A DNA stretch of 64,000 nucleotides, from NCBI GenBank assembly GCA_951406725.2, contig OX597826.1:34658001-34722000 (forward strand), in the 5' to 3' direction. Source of the DNA: Octopus vulgaris (taxonomy: Eukaryota). Positions 1-14,663 of this stretch are shown piece after piece (within the stretch, counting starts at the first letter, position 1; the number at the start of each line of letters is the position of its first letter). The notes under the pieces are model-generated. The model was not told the origin of the DNA. It searched no databases and saw nothing but the letters and a program-made list of their open reading frames with translations. A program made the translations under genes and the position numbers.

Positions 1-2419
1 ACTGAGCGAAGGCAACAGGAATCCAACTTTGTATTCTACAAAAAATTCTATGTTAATGACTTATTGATTACAATGGTATTTACCGAATATCCTCCGGCTG
101 TCGATTTGATACGAAAAAGAGAAGATGGAGCAGATATATGGTCGCTCAAATTAGAACATAGATGTTCACAATAAAATAACGTAGCAACAAAATTACATGG
201 CCACAAACCTTCCATAAATCTATTTTGAACTTCTACGGTTAGCAACGTTGTGACGGAATTATCTCCGAAGTTTGTGTTAAGCAAATGAGAGATTACCTTG
301 CTGTCTATCACCTCTATATTTTGCCATATGGAGAAATGTGTAGAAGCCAATGACCAAACCGAGAATTATGTAGTGCTACAAGACTCATGCAGAACCAGGT
401 AGATTTTCAAGATTTAACTATATTTTGATCTATAACAACAAAAATGAACTTGTTAGGTCATCAGCCAACGAAAACTCAGCTGTTTATCTGAGATCCCGTC
501 AAACAGGTGGATGACTTGCAGAACCATTTAAGTGTCTGACACTATGTCGACTATATTTAGCTATAGCCATTCTATTCGCAAAAAACTCGTTCAAATGAAA
601 TCTTTCTTTCAACAGTGCACCAATAAAATGCAAATCTTGTTCAGTGCCATGATTAATTAATACTGTTATAAATACTTTTAAATGTGAAAAGAATTATAAT
701 AAAAACACTAGAATATATGAGGTTATTTACATTGTTTCTGTAAAAACACTTTGTTATAGAACGTTTATTGTTTACACAATTGGCAACGATGCATTACTTT
801 TAATGTTGTTAGATTCCAAAGATAAATTCACCTGGATAAGACGTCAGGCAATACTAATTCACATTTCCACATTATTTAGTAAATATTCTGGAGTTATTGG
901 GAAATAGGTTTCTCGAGATAGAAAAATAAACAACAAATGCTAGCAACTGATTTGAACTCGCTGTTCTGTTCTAATCAGCCAAATACTTTATCTACTACGT
1001 CGTTTCGCTCCTACACAATTCGCTGTAGTCTTAAAAGTAATAGTTCAACCAGATTGTATTAGCAACTCCACATCGATTTTGCATCATAGAATAAGATTTT
1101 ACAGCCTGAAGAATAATTGGATTGGACTGATGTAGCTGAAACAGTTATTAATATTAGCCCATCAAAGTTATGTGTCATGGTGGAGTGATTATAATATTGG
1201 CCTCTAAATCCAATATATTACACTTCTAAATCTTCAGCAAGATATTAGAAAAGGATAGGCTTGTGTATATTTAGAATGAATAATCTAATGGATAAGTTAC
1301 ATACTTTCTCTAAATAGAGATTTTGGCCTAAGAATAATGATGATTTCTGAAATGATGTTGTGGTGACTTTCTCTGTTCAGGCGTTCCAACTTTGACCATC
1401 CTATCTTTCGTTTATACTTAGGAATATATTATCCAAAATTTCAAGATGTTAAGTTGTAATTTGATAGGTAATTGGCTGCTATTAAAACGCAAAAGGTATG
1501 CGTACAACAGTGTTTTCCGTAGGGTCAGGGTCCTATGAGGAATGCCTGGGAGGAATGAAAATACGAGAGGGTAGACAAATTACGAGGTTTAGTAAAAATT
1601 AGAAGCCTTTAATAATTTTAAAGACACGTCCCTGCCAAACTCAAACTACTGCCACTACTCCCATGAAAATACTGGACAATAACACAACACCAGCAAAGCC
1701 AAGAGCAGCAGCAGCAGTACCAACATCACCGTCTTAAGAAGTTCATTAAACGTCGATCACGATGCTTCATTTATATATTCTTTCACTTTTACCGATTCCC
1801 TTTACACGCAATCACTCGGTGTGCAGAAGTTGGTCACTTGCGAAATTATTTCGACCAGTTGCTGCCATATGTAAGATTAATCCAATGATTATCGAGCTCC
1901 GTTACGAATATCAGTCCGCCATCTTCTTTAGTTGGGAAGCCGAGGTCGTTTTTATTAGCTTGGTTGTCTTTGCCAAAGAGGCTGTGTGGTGAATCACATT
2001 GAGATGGATGACGAACGACAACGTTTCTTGGCAAAGCCCTAATCATCTGTTAAACGTTTAATATGAAAATTATTGTGGAGAGTACAATGTGAACTCATGA
2101 CTAAACAGACCCGCTGCCAGTATGCGCCTATAGATTGAAGAAAACCAGCTACTAGACGGGGTTTCCTTAGGGAAGAAGGTGATAGTAGTTTTGTGGGTTT
2201 TTCACGGGTAGTCCTCGGAGGTCTCCCACGATCTATTGGGTGTTTCTTTATTTGAAAGGCATGTTTATTTTTTTTTTATTCTATTCTTTTCTCTCATTTT
2301 CGCATGTTTTCTACCTTCAAACTGCATCTCCATCTACCGCCATCGGTCATTTTATTTTTTAACACCCTTTGTGGTCGAAAAGAATGTTTTATCACTTTTG
2401 GTAGTTTTCGTGGTAGCAA

Positions 2420-2988
<569 letters not shown>

Positions 2989-4463
2989 ATGAGCAACGTT
3001 CGAAATTAATATTTCAGAATGAATTCTAGTGAATGAGTTCCTATCTCCGAGTAGTCGACTGATATTCATCATTACCTGAGGCTCAAACGCGAAATTGGCT
3101 GCAGAAACCAAGATCAGAAAGTAAAGTTACTTCGCTGCAAATTCTAGTATTTGTTGATCAACTGTTTCCATTATTCCACTATCATTGTAGAATAGTAACA
3201 ATATTACATTATTGTGGCGAGGCCAGGCGTTTTAGTAGCAGCAACATTTGTTTAATTTGACTAATCAACCTCAGGACAAAGAATAGCACGTCCACGCGAT
3301 CAGCGATTTGAACTTAGAAAGTAAAAAATACTTCCCATATCGCAAGTTGTTTTGTCCATCCGGCCACTTCTTTTGCCATCCTTTGGCATCGTGAATATCA
3401 AAAGTAACCACAGGCGGTTAAAAATATAGAAGCAAGAATTAACCAGTGTGAATAAATCAAGAATAATTTTTTTTAAAAAGCGTTTGACTAGTTAAATTGT
3501 AACTAAAAGTGTTCTAAACTAAGAACAGTGAACAAAATATTTTTATAAAGGACAAAAATAGCAGAGTTTTTTAAAAAAAGAAACTGAGAAAATCGAAGCG
3601 GGATTTAAAAGAAGAAATTCAGCAAGAAATGGCGACAAATATCTGTTTCTGGTCAGTATCTTGCAAGACTGCACAAAGAGGAAGTGAGCCAATAAGAAAG
3701 CAAACAATGCAATGAAAGCTCTGAGACTAATGACAGAATGAAAATTTTGATTTCAGCTGCACAAGTCGAATTCTTACAATAAACGCTTCCAAAATATAAT
3801 ATATGAAGAGGTTAATATCAGCTACATATAATCAATAGAGAGAAAGAAACATCGATCAATCTTCTCCGGTTTTACATGCTTCGGCAAAACAGAATTCTCT
3901 CTAAATGTACGATGAAGTAGTTATACCTAATAAGCAATAGATGGACGCTTTCACATGCAATCTAAAAATACATGATATATTATGAAACATGGATAATTTA
4001 ACTGGACTTCAGTCTCACAGACCTACAAGGAGATCAAAGTAAATACATAAGGCATTATTAAATTCCTCTATAGATCATTTGCCAATAAACCCCTTCTCTA
4101 GGTGTGTCGTACTCTAATTTCTATGTGTTAAGTAATTAGCTAATTACTAAATCGTGCACAAAATAGAGGTTATTTCTATGAGGTAATGCCAACAAAACAG
4201 TTGTCATTAGAGAAGCACAATGGTGATATATTACTTTCTTTCCGTAAATAGAAACATTTAATATTCCAATATTCTATAAAGCACAATTTTTCTTTTCCAG
4301 ACGATAGGAGGAACATTGCAATAATATCATGTATATATTTGTTTGTATTAATATAATATGTGTCTTTCTCTGACATTCCATTACATCCATTACGTATTCA
4401 AGCATTTACATATATATGTATAGATAGACAGACAGACATATAGATAGATAAAAGTATTGCGTG

Positions 4464-4507
<44 letters not shown>

Positions 4508-4522
4508 TACACACACACACAC

Positions 4523-4582
<60 letters not shown>

Positions 4583-4683
4583 TCAAGTATACTTACATAA
4601 ACCTAAACATATACATATTTATATATTTACGAGTAAAACGCCCCACGTCCAATGGACGATGCTGAGTTGTCAAACATTTAAGC

Positions 4684-4742
4684 CAAGTTTCTCAAAACAA
4701 CATGTCCGACCATCCCATAGGCCTCCCCTTTGAGAAACACTG
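4684..4742. mobile_element. Minimal 59-bp hAT-type MITE
   Basis: Ends caagtttctcaaa / tttgagaaacactg (hAT-like TIRs). Flanks atttaagc and atttaacc form an 8-bp TSD, 7/8 identical. Confidence 0.6.
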
Positions 4743-4963
4743 ATTTAACCTAAATTTGAGACATCAGCAAAAGAAGAAATAAAGATAGACTTTTTTCTAT
4801 TCCAAAGAAAAACGATTTTATTCACACAAATATGTAACCGAAGTGTTTAAAGTACCAGTAACGATAAGGTTGTTGACTGGGAGAACACAAACATGGTTTA
4901 AACAGTAAGCTTGGCAAGAAAGAAACGTGCCATTAAGCGGTACGAAAACAGCAAAAAATGGAA

Positions 4964-5134
4964 GATAAATCGGTTACATCGACCCCAGTGCGTAACTGGT
5001 ACTTATTTAATCGATCCCGAAAGGATGAAAAGCAAAGTCGACCTCGGCAGAATTTGAACTCAGAACGTAACGGCAGACGAAATACGGCTACGCATTTCGC
5101 CCAGCATGCTAACGTTTCTGCCAGCTCGCCGCCT
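4964..5134 (-). mobile_element. tRNA-derived SINE, family A
   Basis: Reverse complement reads ggcggcgagctggcagaaacgttag...gagttcaaattctgccgaggtcgactttgcttttcatcctttcgggatcgat...gtaccag, with Pol III A/B-box-like head. Many homologous copies in the window. Confidence 0.9.
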
Positions 5135-5399
5135 TTGTCTAGTAAACTGTTATATCGCACGTTCGGATAACTTCTACTGAACTCCTCGACGTCTAGACTT
5201 CTTCTATATCTACATTTTGGGCTAGCTGGGGGCGTCCACACAACTGTAAACAATAAATGAAAATATGAAATTAAGTGCTGCTTGTCATGAGCAAAACAAA
5301 GATGCACAATGATTTTCGGTATCAGAATATATAAAACAGTTTGAGGCAAATAAAATTGAGATGCAAGAAACAGAAATTGTAATATATAAGAGATATATT

Positions 5400-6030
5400 A
5401 TTGATGGGAATGAAAGCCCCTTCATAGCCAATACCTAAAAGCGATTGATGAAGAAATAAAGGCAACAGCAGCAGCTCCGGATTGCAGGAGTGGTAGCTGA
5501 GGCCAGAAAAAATATTAGTTGTGACGCATGGTGAAACAAAGGGAAGTAGAAAGCATGAAAACATCAGGAGAAAAATTCAGAATTTGTAGCGGTTAGGAAG
5601 AAATAATTAACCATATTGTCCGTGGTTTCGCGTTTTGTGTTGAAGATATCTACAGTCACACATGGGATGATGCTTGGCAGAACTGAAAATTAAGCCAGCA
5701 TTAACAAATATGAGCAGAACACCGAGAGAATAAGAATAGTGTTGAAAAGAACCAAAAGAGAAACAGATCATACTTTCTGATGTATACTGAATAACACACA
5801 AATAGAACAATGCTAATCAACGTGGTATTGTTTTCAGAAACGATTTGCAAAAATAAATACCTCCTAAGCGAAGAACGAAGTACGAATCGCAATGGGCGAT
5901 TATCTATCTGTAAAATAAATTAAGAATCTTCCAAAATATAAATATCTTGAGTTCCAGAGAAATGCAGATAATCAGAATGGAAGGACTAAAAACAGAATCA
6001 ATTCGCATTAATAACTGGTGCCTTGAGAGG
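5400..6030 (+). mobile_element. Decayed 3' fragment of an R4/Dong-like (RLE) non-LTR retrotransposon
   Basis: Broken-frame peptides PLHSQY (cf. KPLHGQY), RICSG*EEIINHIVRG (cf. zinc-finger CRLCGxxxETIDHIVSGC) and RTKYES, in the expected order. Confidence 0.55.
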
Positions 6031-6081
6031 GATTACATAAATAAAACTTGCAAACAAATATATGCTCTCCAGCACTTACAA

Positions 6082-6188
<107 letters not shown>

Positions 6189-6803
6189 TATGTATATATG
6201 TATATAGTATATATGTATGCATGCATGCATGTACATATATATATATGTATAATTCCGTAATATTTGCACATATAGGCAAAATTCAGATTGCGTAGAATAG
6301 ATTCAGTACAAAACCAAGCCAAAATTGTTTGCACTTACGCATGTTATGCAGAGATGCATTTAGTTTTGTAGCGAAAATTGGCAATAAAATTAAGATTTCC
6401 TGAAATAATAATATTTTGAAACATTAAATCAAAATCTACAAATATAGAAAATCAAACTTCATTTGCTTTGCTACAGTTCAGTCTTATTAGCATCAGCCGA
6501 AAAGCAACAGCTCAATATGTTTAGCATTTTACGTACAACCTTATAAATACATATCAAATACACTTGAGATAATAAGTTTTGGTTCCGATGTGACTGTCTT
6601 TAATTAAATACATATTTATAGTATACTGAGTGACAATTATACCCAATAGAATGCCAAAGATGGTAGCATAGATTTTAGAACAGGACTATTTGGTAACGTA
6701 TCTTCACACTCATAAATACACACAAATATCTTCATGCACACACTTAATTTATCCATTTATACACGCAAGCAGGACCCATAATATATATATATATGTGAGT
6801 GTG

Positions 6804-6853
<50 letters not shown>

Positions 6854-7141
6854 AATATATATACTTATGACATTATCGAATAATGAGAATGAATGCTCGA
6901 CACCGCATTGGTGAATACATTTTCTTCATTTCCGTATTAACAATGTGGGAAAGAATTCCGCAATCTTCAAGTAATTCACTAAAAAATGTCAATAACCGGC
7001 GCCATCTTCTTTCAGATACGCGGATAAAAACGTTTAAAAAAATATTACTAAAGTATATAACTCTACCTCCGGTATTGGAGTACTGTTTTCTCCTACCTTG
7101 GTTTCCATGTATGTGATTACTTTGATATAGATATATATGTG

Positions 7142-7173
<32 letters not shown>

Positions 7174-7554
7174 CACACAAAAGTTCAATTGGTGGTTAAA
7201 TAAGCCACGTTAAGGGATAATGATATCCTATGAATTTACTGGTTTATTACCTACTAATTATTTTGAATATTAGTTTTAATACTAAAAAATAGGTAATTAA
7301 ATAAACCAAGGTTTATATTTATTTTAAAGAAATAAGAAAATAGAGATAAATCAATTCATGGTGATATTTATTAATTACAAAATTAGAAATAATCCTTGAC
7401 AGTTGTTTCAATTCAAACTTTAAAAATAATTCAAATAATTAAATCATTATGAAGTTGAATCTTGTCGGAGGTAGAAAAAAAGATATGTCATTACATTTTT
7501 ATGTTTTTATGTGTCAAGTATATGGAGCATTTCGCCTCTTTCCATCTAAGTGTG

Positions 7555-8070
7555 GATGAAATCATTTCCTGGGGCATTCTTTGCTCTAGCATTTCTCACG
7601 AAACCATTCACCTCTTTCTCCCTGATGTCCCCAATTTGAAATTCGATATCAGGTTCTAAAAGACGCTTTAACCCATTTAGAGGTGGTAGTGGCTGGTTAC
7701 GGTGCAGATTGCTGTAGCTTTCTCTGATATAAACGTCCAATGCTTCTTTCGTGCACGACAAAGCGCCACTTTTCGGTTCAGTGTACAGCTCCTTAGTAAC
7801 CTCGCACGGATCCTTAAGAAACTGTTCCCGAGTCCTTTTATTTTCCGTTCGTCGTTCCTATCGGCGGAAATAACGTTGCACATAACGGCTTTTCTTTTTA
7901 CAATCGTCGTACAGCAGTGCGAGGCCAGGCATTTGTCGACTTCCGTAGTACATTTCCATCGCTTTCTTAGGCTGGCCTTTTCCTTCCTCAATTGTTTCAT
8001 TATTTGTCACAACAGAGTTAGTTTTACTTCAGTTGTTGCTTCAGTGTCTCCGTTTCTCGAAGAAACTTGA
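7555..8070 (-). mobile_element. Fragment of a HERO-like (RLE) non-LTR retrotransposon ORF just upstream of the RT domain
   Basis: Minus-strand translation KRTREQFLKDPCEVTKELYTEPKSGALSCTKEALDVYIRESYSN...EPDIEFQIGDIREKEVNGFVRNARAKNAPGND resembles the pre-RT segment ending in the xAPGxDG motif. Frameshifted upstream and truncated. Confidence 0.7.
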
Positions 8071-9160
8071 AATACTGGTAAGTATCGTTAGCTACAAGCG
8101 TAACAGCAACTAGGTACAATACACACGTGTATGTGCGTGAGTATGAAATGATACATATAGATATAAATCTATATATATGTATATATGTATGAAGTTACAC
8201 ACACATACACACACATATACATATATATATTTAAAGATTAGATGAAATCTTCTTAAATTAAAGGAGAAGAACAATGCACGTTACTAATTTATGTGAACCT
8301 CCATGACAAAAGTAGAAACACGAAAGAAGGCATTTTCAATTACATACACTTACTACTCCATACAAGAAATAAAACTAATTGACACAATATAAAGCATTAT
8401 ATTTAGGCAACAAAGGAGATATTCATTTGATAGCTTTGCAGTTCCGAACATTTTGCATCGATGTAATATACTGCTGTACTTGTTGCTCCCGTCTGTTTAC
8501 TGTTACACAAAGACTTCTATTCGATAGAGGTTAACAACAGATTTGTAGAAGAGAAGTAATGAAAAGAAGAAGGGAATTAGCCATGATATTATAAATGTCG
8601 GAAGATGGTCGTTGTAGATATCTATTTAATGTAAGTGTACTCAGAGAGCACGGGGGCATATAGTTAGCAATTTGCTAAACTGAATATCTGCGGTAATCAT
8701 ACTGTAATGTTATATATGTTTGAATCAGATTAGTCTTTGTACTGCAGCGACTTCGCTTTGACTCTTCAACACTAATTATCGTCTGTCATATAAAGAGAGA
8801 GAAACGAAATAAAATGAATGGAAAAATAGAAGGAAAGAAAACTGGAGAGACAAATGGAGGGAAAAGAATGAACAAGAAAATACACCAAACAATTTTCTGG
8901 CCGCGAAATATCTCTCTTCTATATGGGGTAAATAAATATTGTTGAGATGTGATTGCTGTAGTTAACCGAGGACAGAAGAAAGAAAGAACTATTTCTGGGG
9001 TTATTATTTCTGGTTTTTCCTCTACGCTCCCCCTTCTAGAATTGTTGCTTTCTTCTTCCACATACGATAAACTGAATCATTGAATTAGTCACAGAGATTA
9101 TATATATAATGCGATTCGTACATAAATGCATACACCACACAATACATATGTATATATTTT

Positions 9161-9219
<59 letters not shown>

Positions 9220-9221
<2 letters not shown>

Positions 9222-9303
9222 CACCTGAAGAGACACAGTTACATTGACGGATATTCTAGCCGTGAGGGCTCGATGCTAAATCGGCCGAAACAATTCTAGT
9301 GAT
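9220..9303 (+). ncRNA. Type I hammerhead-like motif with long stem II insert
   Basis: atcac-CTGAAGA(9225)...cc-GAAAC(9287)-aattcta-gtgat. Stem I atcac/gtgat. Stem III is a near-palindrome acaatt(c)t. Directly follows a (TA)n tract. Confidence 0.55.
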
Positions 9304-9986
9304 CACTAAGCATTCTCGTTTCTTCCAGCTTCTTTCTCTCTCATAAATCATATATATACACATATACATTTTAAACATACATATTCAGTCGCTATTTGAT
9401 TAGTAGCTCAGACAATTCAAGTATGCCAGCACCAATTCCGTTTCACAGATACAACTGATACATCTCTCATTAAAATTTCATTAAACGCATCAGCAAGTCA
9501 ACGCCATTCTAATCACAAATTCTGTTGCAATATATTACAATAATGCTTTAATAAAATATCACCCTCTGAACACGAAACAGCAATCTAGAAACCACAAATC
9601 GTAATTCAGGCAAATATGATACTCAACAACTTTCAAACGTAAACATAAAAACGCTTACATCGGACTCACGACAACAACACTTTCTCTTTGGTTGACAATG
9701 CATTGACAAAGAACCACTACAACCTATCACCAAGTAATATATGAAATGAACTGGATAGAAATTTAGTACAGCAAATATATTTGACAGAAAGCAGTACCTC
9801 AGTTTATTCTGTTTTCTATGAAACAATGAGAAGAATAACATTGGATGCATTCATAATAACAAAGTACGAATGTTCGATTGACACATGGATTAATCATACC
9901 CAAAGCATATATCATCCTACTATGAATGTTTTTCAACATTATCGTTATGAAATTATTAAATCAGGTGTTCAACGTTTTATTAGTAA

Positions 9987-10382
9987 CTAGCAGTATCGCC
10001 CGGCGTTGCTCGGGTTTGTAAGGGAAATAACTATATAAGCATTTTTAGAGAGTTATAGCAAAAAAATAGCAAAAAAATGCATTAAAAATAGAATAAAAAA
10101 TGATGGTAATTTTTTTAAATCGTTGACTCATCGTAGACATTTTTAGAGAGTTACTTCCCTTATATAATAGCGAAAAAATGCATTAAAATGGAAAAAATGA
10201 TGGTAATTTTTTTTTTTAAATCGTAGACTCATCGTAGACGCGCGCTAATACCCAGAAGGGCTCGATATTAATCACGACTATAAGATACCCGGTTTGGGTT
10301 AAACTGCACCGCAAAATGTGGGAGTAGTTAGGAATCTAAATCGTAGGAGACAGACACACAACTTCACTTTTATATATAAAGA
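9987..10382 (-). mobile_element. Non-autonomous Helitron
   Basis: Minus strand starts TC(tttatatataaaag) and ends cccgagcaacgccggg-cgatactg-CTAG (subterminal hairpin plus CTAG). Inserted between A and T with no TSD. Contains an internal ~100-bp tandem duplication. Confidence 0.85.
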
Positions 10383-10637
10383 TATAATTATTCCCTAAAC
10401 ACTTTGCACTTTACTGCTGGATTCTTTGGCTTAGCGTTATTACAATACTTAAATTTGAACATGCGTGTCTCGAAACATCGAATCAATAGTTTTTAGGATA
10501 ATTTTGTTCCAAACTGTGGAAAAAATAATTAACCTTGACCATAACAGGTTTGTAAATACAATAGTTCTTATTTAAAGACAGATTAAAAACACGTATATTT
10601 TATGCATATATATATCAAGGCACACGTACGTGCGTGT

Positions 10638-10858
10638 GCAGAAACGTTAGCACGCTGGGCGAAATGTTTAGCGGTATTCCATCTACCGCTACGTTCTGAG
10701 TTCAAATTCCGCCGAGGTCGACTTTGCTTTTCATCCTTTCGGGGTCGATTAAATAAGTACCAGTTACGCACTGGGGTCGATATAATCGACTTAATCCGTT
10801 TGTCTCTCCTTGTTTGTCCTCTCTGTGTTTAGCCCCTTGTGGGTATTAAAGAAATAGG
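10638..10858 (+). mobile_element. SINE family A (slightly 5'-truncated)
   Basis: gcagaaacgttagcacgctgggcgaaatg...gagttcaaattccgccgaggtcgactttgc..., A-rich tail aaagaaatagg. Confidence 0.9.
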
Positions 10859-11343
10859 TTGTTACTTTTGAACGGAAGCCACACATTTTAGAAACGGTGT
10901 TGAAGTGTATATCGACAATATCAATTGCAGTGATTTACAGGTTATTTGTAGTAGCAAACTTTCAAGCAACCCCGATATCTGTGGTGTTTATTTGAATTCA
11001 GAATTTGACGATCGGAATAAAATACAGAATAATTTTATATAATAATTGGCAGAACTAATTTATGTCAAACTCTGTGTAGATGTATATAGAGGCGTGTGTG
11101 TGTGTGTGCGGCTATGTGTGTGTTTTACTTGGGTGCGGTCTATTATATATATGTATGTGCATGTGTGTGTTTGTGTGTGCGTCTACGTGTATTTTAGACT
11201 GAGTTTTAAAGTATGAAACCTAATCTTTACCTATCACCGAGTGCCGTCTGACTACTACTACCACTACTACTGCTACTACTGCTGCTGCTGCTGCTACTAC
11301 TACTACTACCACTGCTGCTGCTGCTGCTGCTACTACTACTACA

Positions 11344-11374
<31 letters not shown>

Positions 11375-11605
11375 AGATTTTTAGTACAAATCACCTGGAG
11401 CATTACAACAATACGCTTAAATAATCTTGCATATTTTAAAGCGAATCCCAAATAATTTATCTTTGCAAATTGCTTTCTTCGCCACTTTTCTTATTCTCTC
11501 CTTCTCATCATGTGTCCATATCTACATATTTGCGGGTAGTAATACGTCTTATCTTAAATTTGTGTTACGGAAATTGATAATGAAAACAAGGATTTTATTA
11601 CAGGA

Positions 11606-11977
11606 CTAGCAGTATCGCCCGGCGTTGCTCGTGTTTGTAAGGGAAATAACTATAAAGCAGTTTTAGAGAGTTATAGCCAAAAAAATGGAAAAAAAATTAT
11701 GGTAAATTTTTTTTTAGTTAAAAAGGTCGAGTTGCGTCCCCTAGACAGTCTGTGGTTTGTGTTTCTGATTCTCGACCCCATGTCGAATTTATCGATCTTT
11801 TTCAGAACTGGGGGAACTTTTCAAAATTTTCGCTGCGTTAGTTTTGAATTATGGCATTGGGCTATGTGTGTGTCAAGTTTCATCAGAATCGGTTGAAAGC
11901 CGTGGTCAGGGTGAGGGTACAAGCAAACAGACACACAGAAACACGCACAGACAAACTGCCGTTTATATATAGAGAGA
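11606..11977 (-). mobile_element. Non-autonomous Helitron, same 3' end as the copy at 9987 but different body and 5' end
   Basis: ctagcagtatcgcccggcgttgctc shared with the first copy. Other end tttatatatagagaga|t is a TC start on the minus strand. A|T insertion site. Confidence 0.85.
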
Positions 11978-12137
11978 TTATGTTGGACCATGGTATATCC
12001 TCAAGAATATTTCTGCTCACTGAAAACACAATACTCTACAGATGTTTTTCACTCCGACAAAAACTATTCTGGAAAAGTGTTTAAGATACGTTTAAAATAC
12101 AGCTATAGTACCCGATTTAAATATGTTATCGCTATAA

Positions 12138-12576
12138 GGCAGCGAGCTGGCAGAAACGTTAGCGTGCCACACGCAATACTTTGTGGTATTTCGTCTGTCT
12201 TTGCGTTCTGAGTTCAAATTCTTCCGCGGTCGACTTTGCCTTTCATCCTTTCGAGGTCGATAAATTAAGAACCAGTTACGCACTGGGGTCGATCTAATCG
12301 ATTTAATCCCTTTGTCTGTCCTTGCTTGTCCCCTGTATGTTTGGCCCCTTGTGGGCAATAAAGAAATAAGAAATAAGAAACGTTAGCATGCCAGGCGCAA
12401 TGCTTTGTGGTATTTCGTCTGTCTTTACGTTCTGACTTCAAATTCCGCCGAGGTCGACTTTGTCGGTCATCCTTTCGGGGTCGATAAATTAAGTACCAGT
12501 TTCATACTGAGGTCGATGAAATCGACTGGCCCCTTCCCGCAAAATATAGAGCCTTGTACCTAGAGTAAAAATGAAT
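12138..12576 (+). mobile_element. Tandem pair of family A SINEs (12138-12377 and 12377-12576) with different 3' tails
   Basis: Two consecutive gaaacgttagc...gtcgactttg...catcctttcg units. Confidence 0.9.
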
Positions 12577-12892
12577 ATTCTATCGCTATGGTAACTTTTA
12601 GGCCTTCTGAACACCTAGTATCCTACCAAAGTGTCCTTCAACAATTACCGCTCACGCATGAGTCTACAAAGACACGAAGGGGGCGTTGCAATCGAGGCAA
12701 ACGTTCGCTGCTTCAAAAGGGACGAAACTATAGCTTAACCAACGGTGAATAGTTAAACTCACAAAGCATAATGATTATAATGAAGGGCATCGTTCATATG
12801 TTGCTTCTCGTTAATTTGAGCTAATTGAAAGGAGATTATATTTCATTAGCAAAGACTGCATTAGATTAATCAAATGCATGATATTAGTGAAG

Positions 12893-12924
<32 letters not shown>

Positions 12925-12961
12925 AATATAAATATATATACATATACATATACATATACAT

Positions 12962-13018
<57 letters not shown>

Positions 13019-13072
13019 TATATGTGTGTCTATGTGCTCGCGCATGTATGTATGTATATATTTGCATATATA

Positions 13073-13789
13073 CAAGGGGAAATCAAAAATTATCCGCACT
13101 TTCGCCATAACATTGCTTTATTATAGTCATACTGCCTTCTGCGCATGCATGTTCATAGTTGCTACTATTGTGCTCACGTGATCGAAGTTAGAGCCTGATC
13201 GCGCCATTTTTCTTTCTATCTTTACAGTGTAAGCGTAGTCGTTCCAGTAAGCAATGTGCACCAACGATGAACCAAGAGCAGTGATCCGAGTTCGCTGGAC
13301 AAAGGGTGTACGATCAACATTGCAAGATGCAGTGCTTTGTTGATCAACAAACGGAAGCCAGCAATTCGCACGAAACACCAAGCTTATTATCGAAGAACGT
13401 TTTATTGCTCTATGACATTGCACGCCCACACACCACCGCCTAGACCGTTGAGACAATTAACCAATTCAGTTTTGAGGGGCAGGAACACTCTGCCTACAGA
13501 CCCAGATCTCACCCCTTCCGACAATCATTTCTTTGAACCGCTCAAAGATGGTTTACAAGGTCGTCGATTTCCTACGGATGAAGATGTGAAGAAAGCGGTG
13601 CATAAATAGTTGCACGACCAGCTAAAAACCTCCTTGGAAGGAATATGTAAGCTTATGGATCGCTGTACGAAGGAGACTATATAGAAAAGGAAGGAGACTA
13701 TATAGAAAAATTATGTACTTGTTAAAACCCTACTTTTCTGTAAATACTTAGAAAACGCGAGAGAGCCTATAATTTTTGAGTCTCCCTAG
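13073..13789 (+). mobile_element. Internally deleted mariner (Tc1/mariner) transposon with transposase pseudogene
   Basis: TIRs caaggggaaatcaaaaattat / ataatttttgagtctccctag with TA on the left. N-terminal EPRAVIRVRWTKGV, then LLYDIARPH (cf. HDNARPH) and PDLTPSDNHFFEPLKDGLQGRRFPTDEDVKKAVHK (cf. YSPDLAPSD motif). Confidence 0.92.
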
Positions 13790-13795
13790 TCTATA

Positions 13796-13863
<68 letters not shown>

Positions 13864-14507
13864 TAAAGAGAGAGATAAATAGATAGATAGATAGATATAG
13901 ATAGATAGATAGAGAGGGAGAGAGAGAGGAGATTGGAAGAGCGCGTGAGCAAGTGACCTATAAATGTATATACACATGTAATAACCGGTACTCAGTCGGT
14001 TAAGGCGAAGTGGGTTCCAGCTGGTATCTGTTTGTACAAGCATTATTAAGTAAAGTGGAACTGAATATGAAGTAACGAGGTAATGCTTGTTTGTGTATAT
14101 GAGTGTGTATGTTTCTGTGCGCGTGTGTATGTTTGCAGTCTTTATAATTTATAACTGGACACATTGAATACTTGTTTGATGAACGACTAATTTAGAAGAA
14201 TATAAATAAAGCGCGGTTGTGAGTCTGCGAGAGACACACGCAGGCAGAAAGTCACTCTTTCACACACATATACACAAACATACACACGTCGTGTTCCACC
14301 ATATTCAGCAACAAAAAGATGGTGTGCGCGACGAGACACTTCGGAAATCTTCGCTTAGAAGGACGATGCTATGTGGTTTGAAGATAAATATTTAAACTCA
14401 CAATCATCCCTCTCTCTCTCACTTTGTTTCTTTCTCTCCCTCTCTCGCTCTCCGTTTCTTTCTCTCTCTCTCTCTCTCCCTTTACATCTCTCTCTCTCCC
14501 CTTTACA

Positions 14508-14568
<61 letters not shown>

Positions 14569-14577
14569 GTATATATA

Positions 14578-14663
<86 letters not shown>

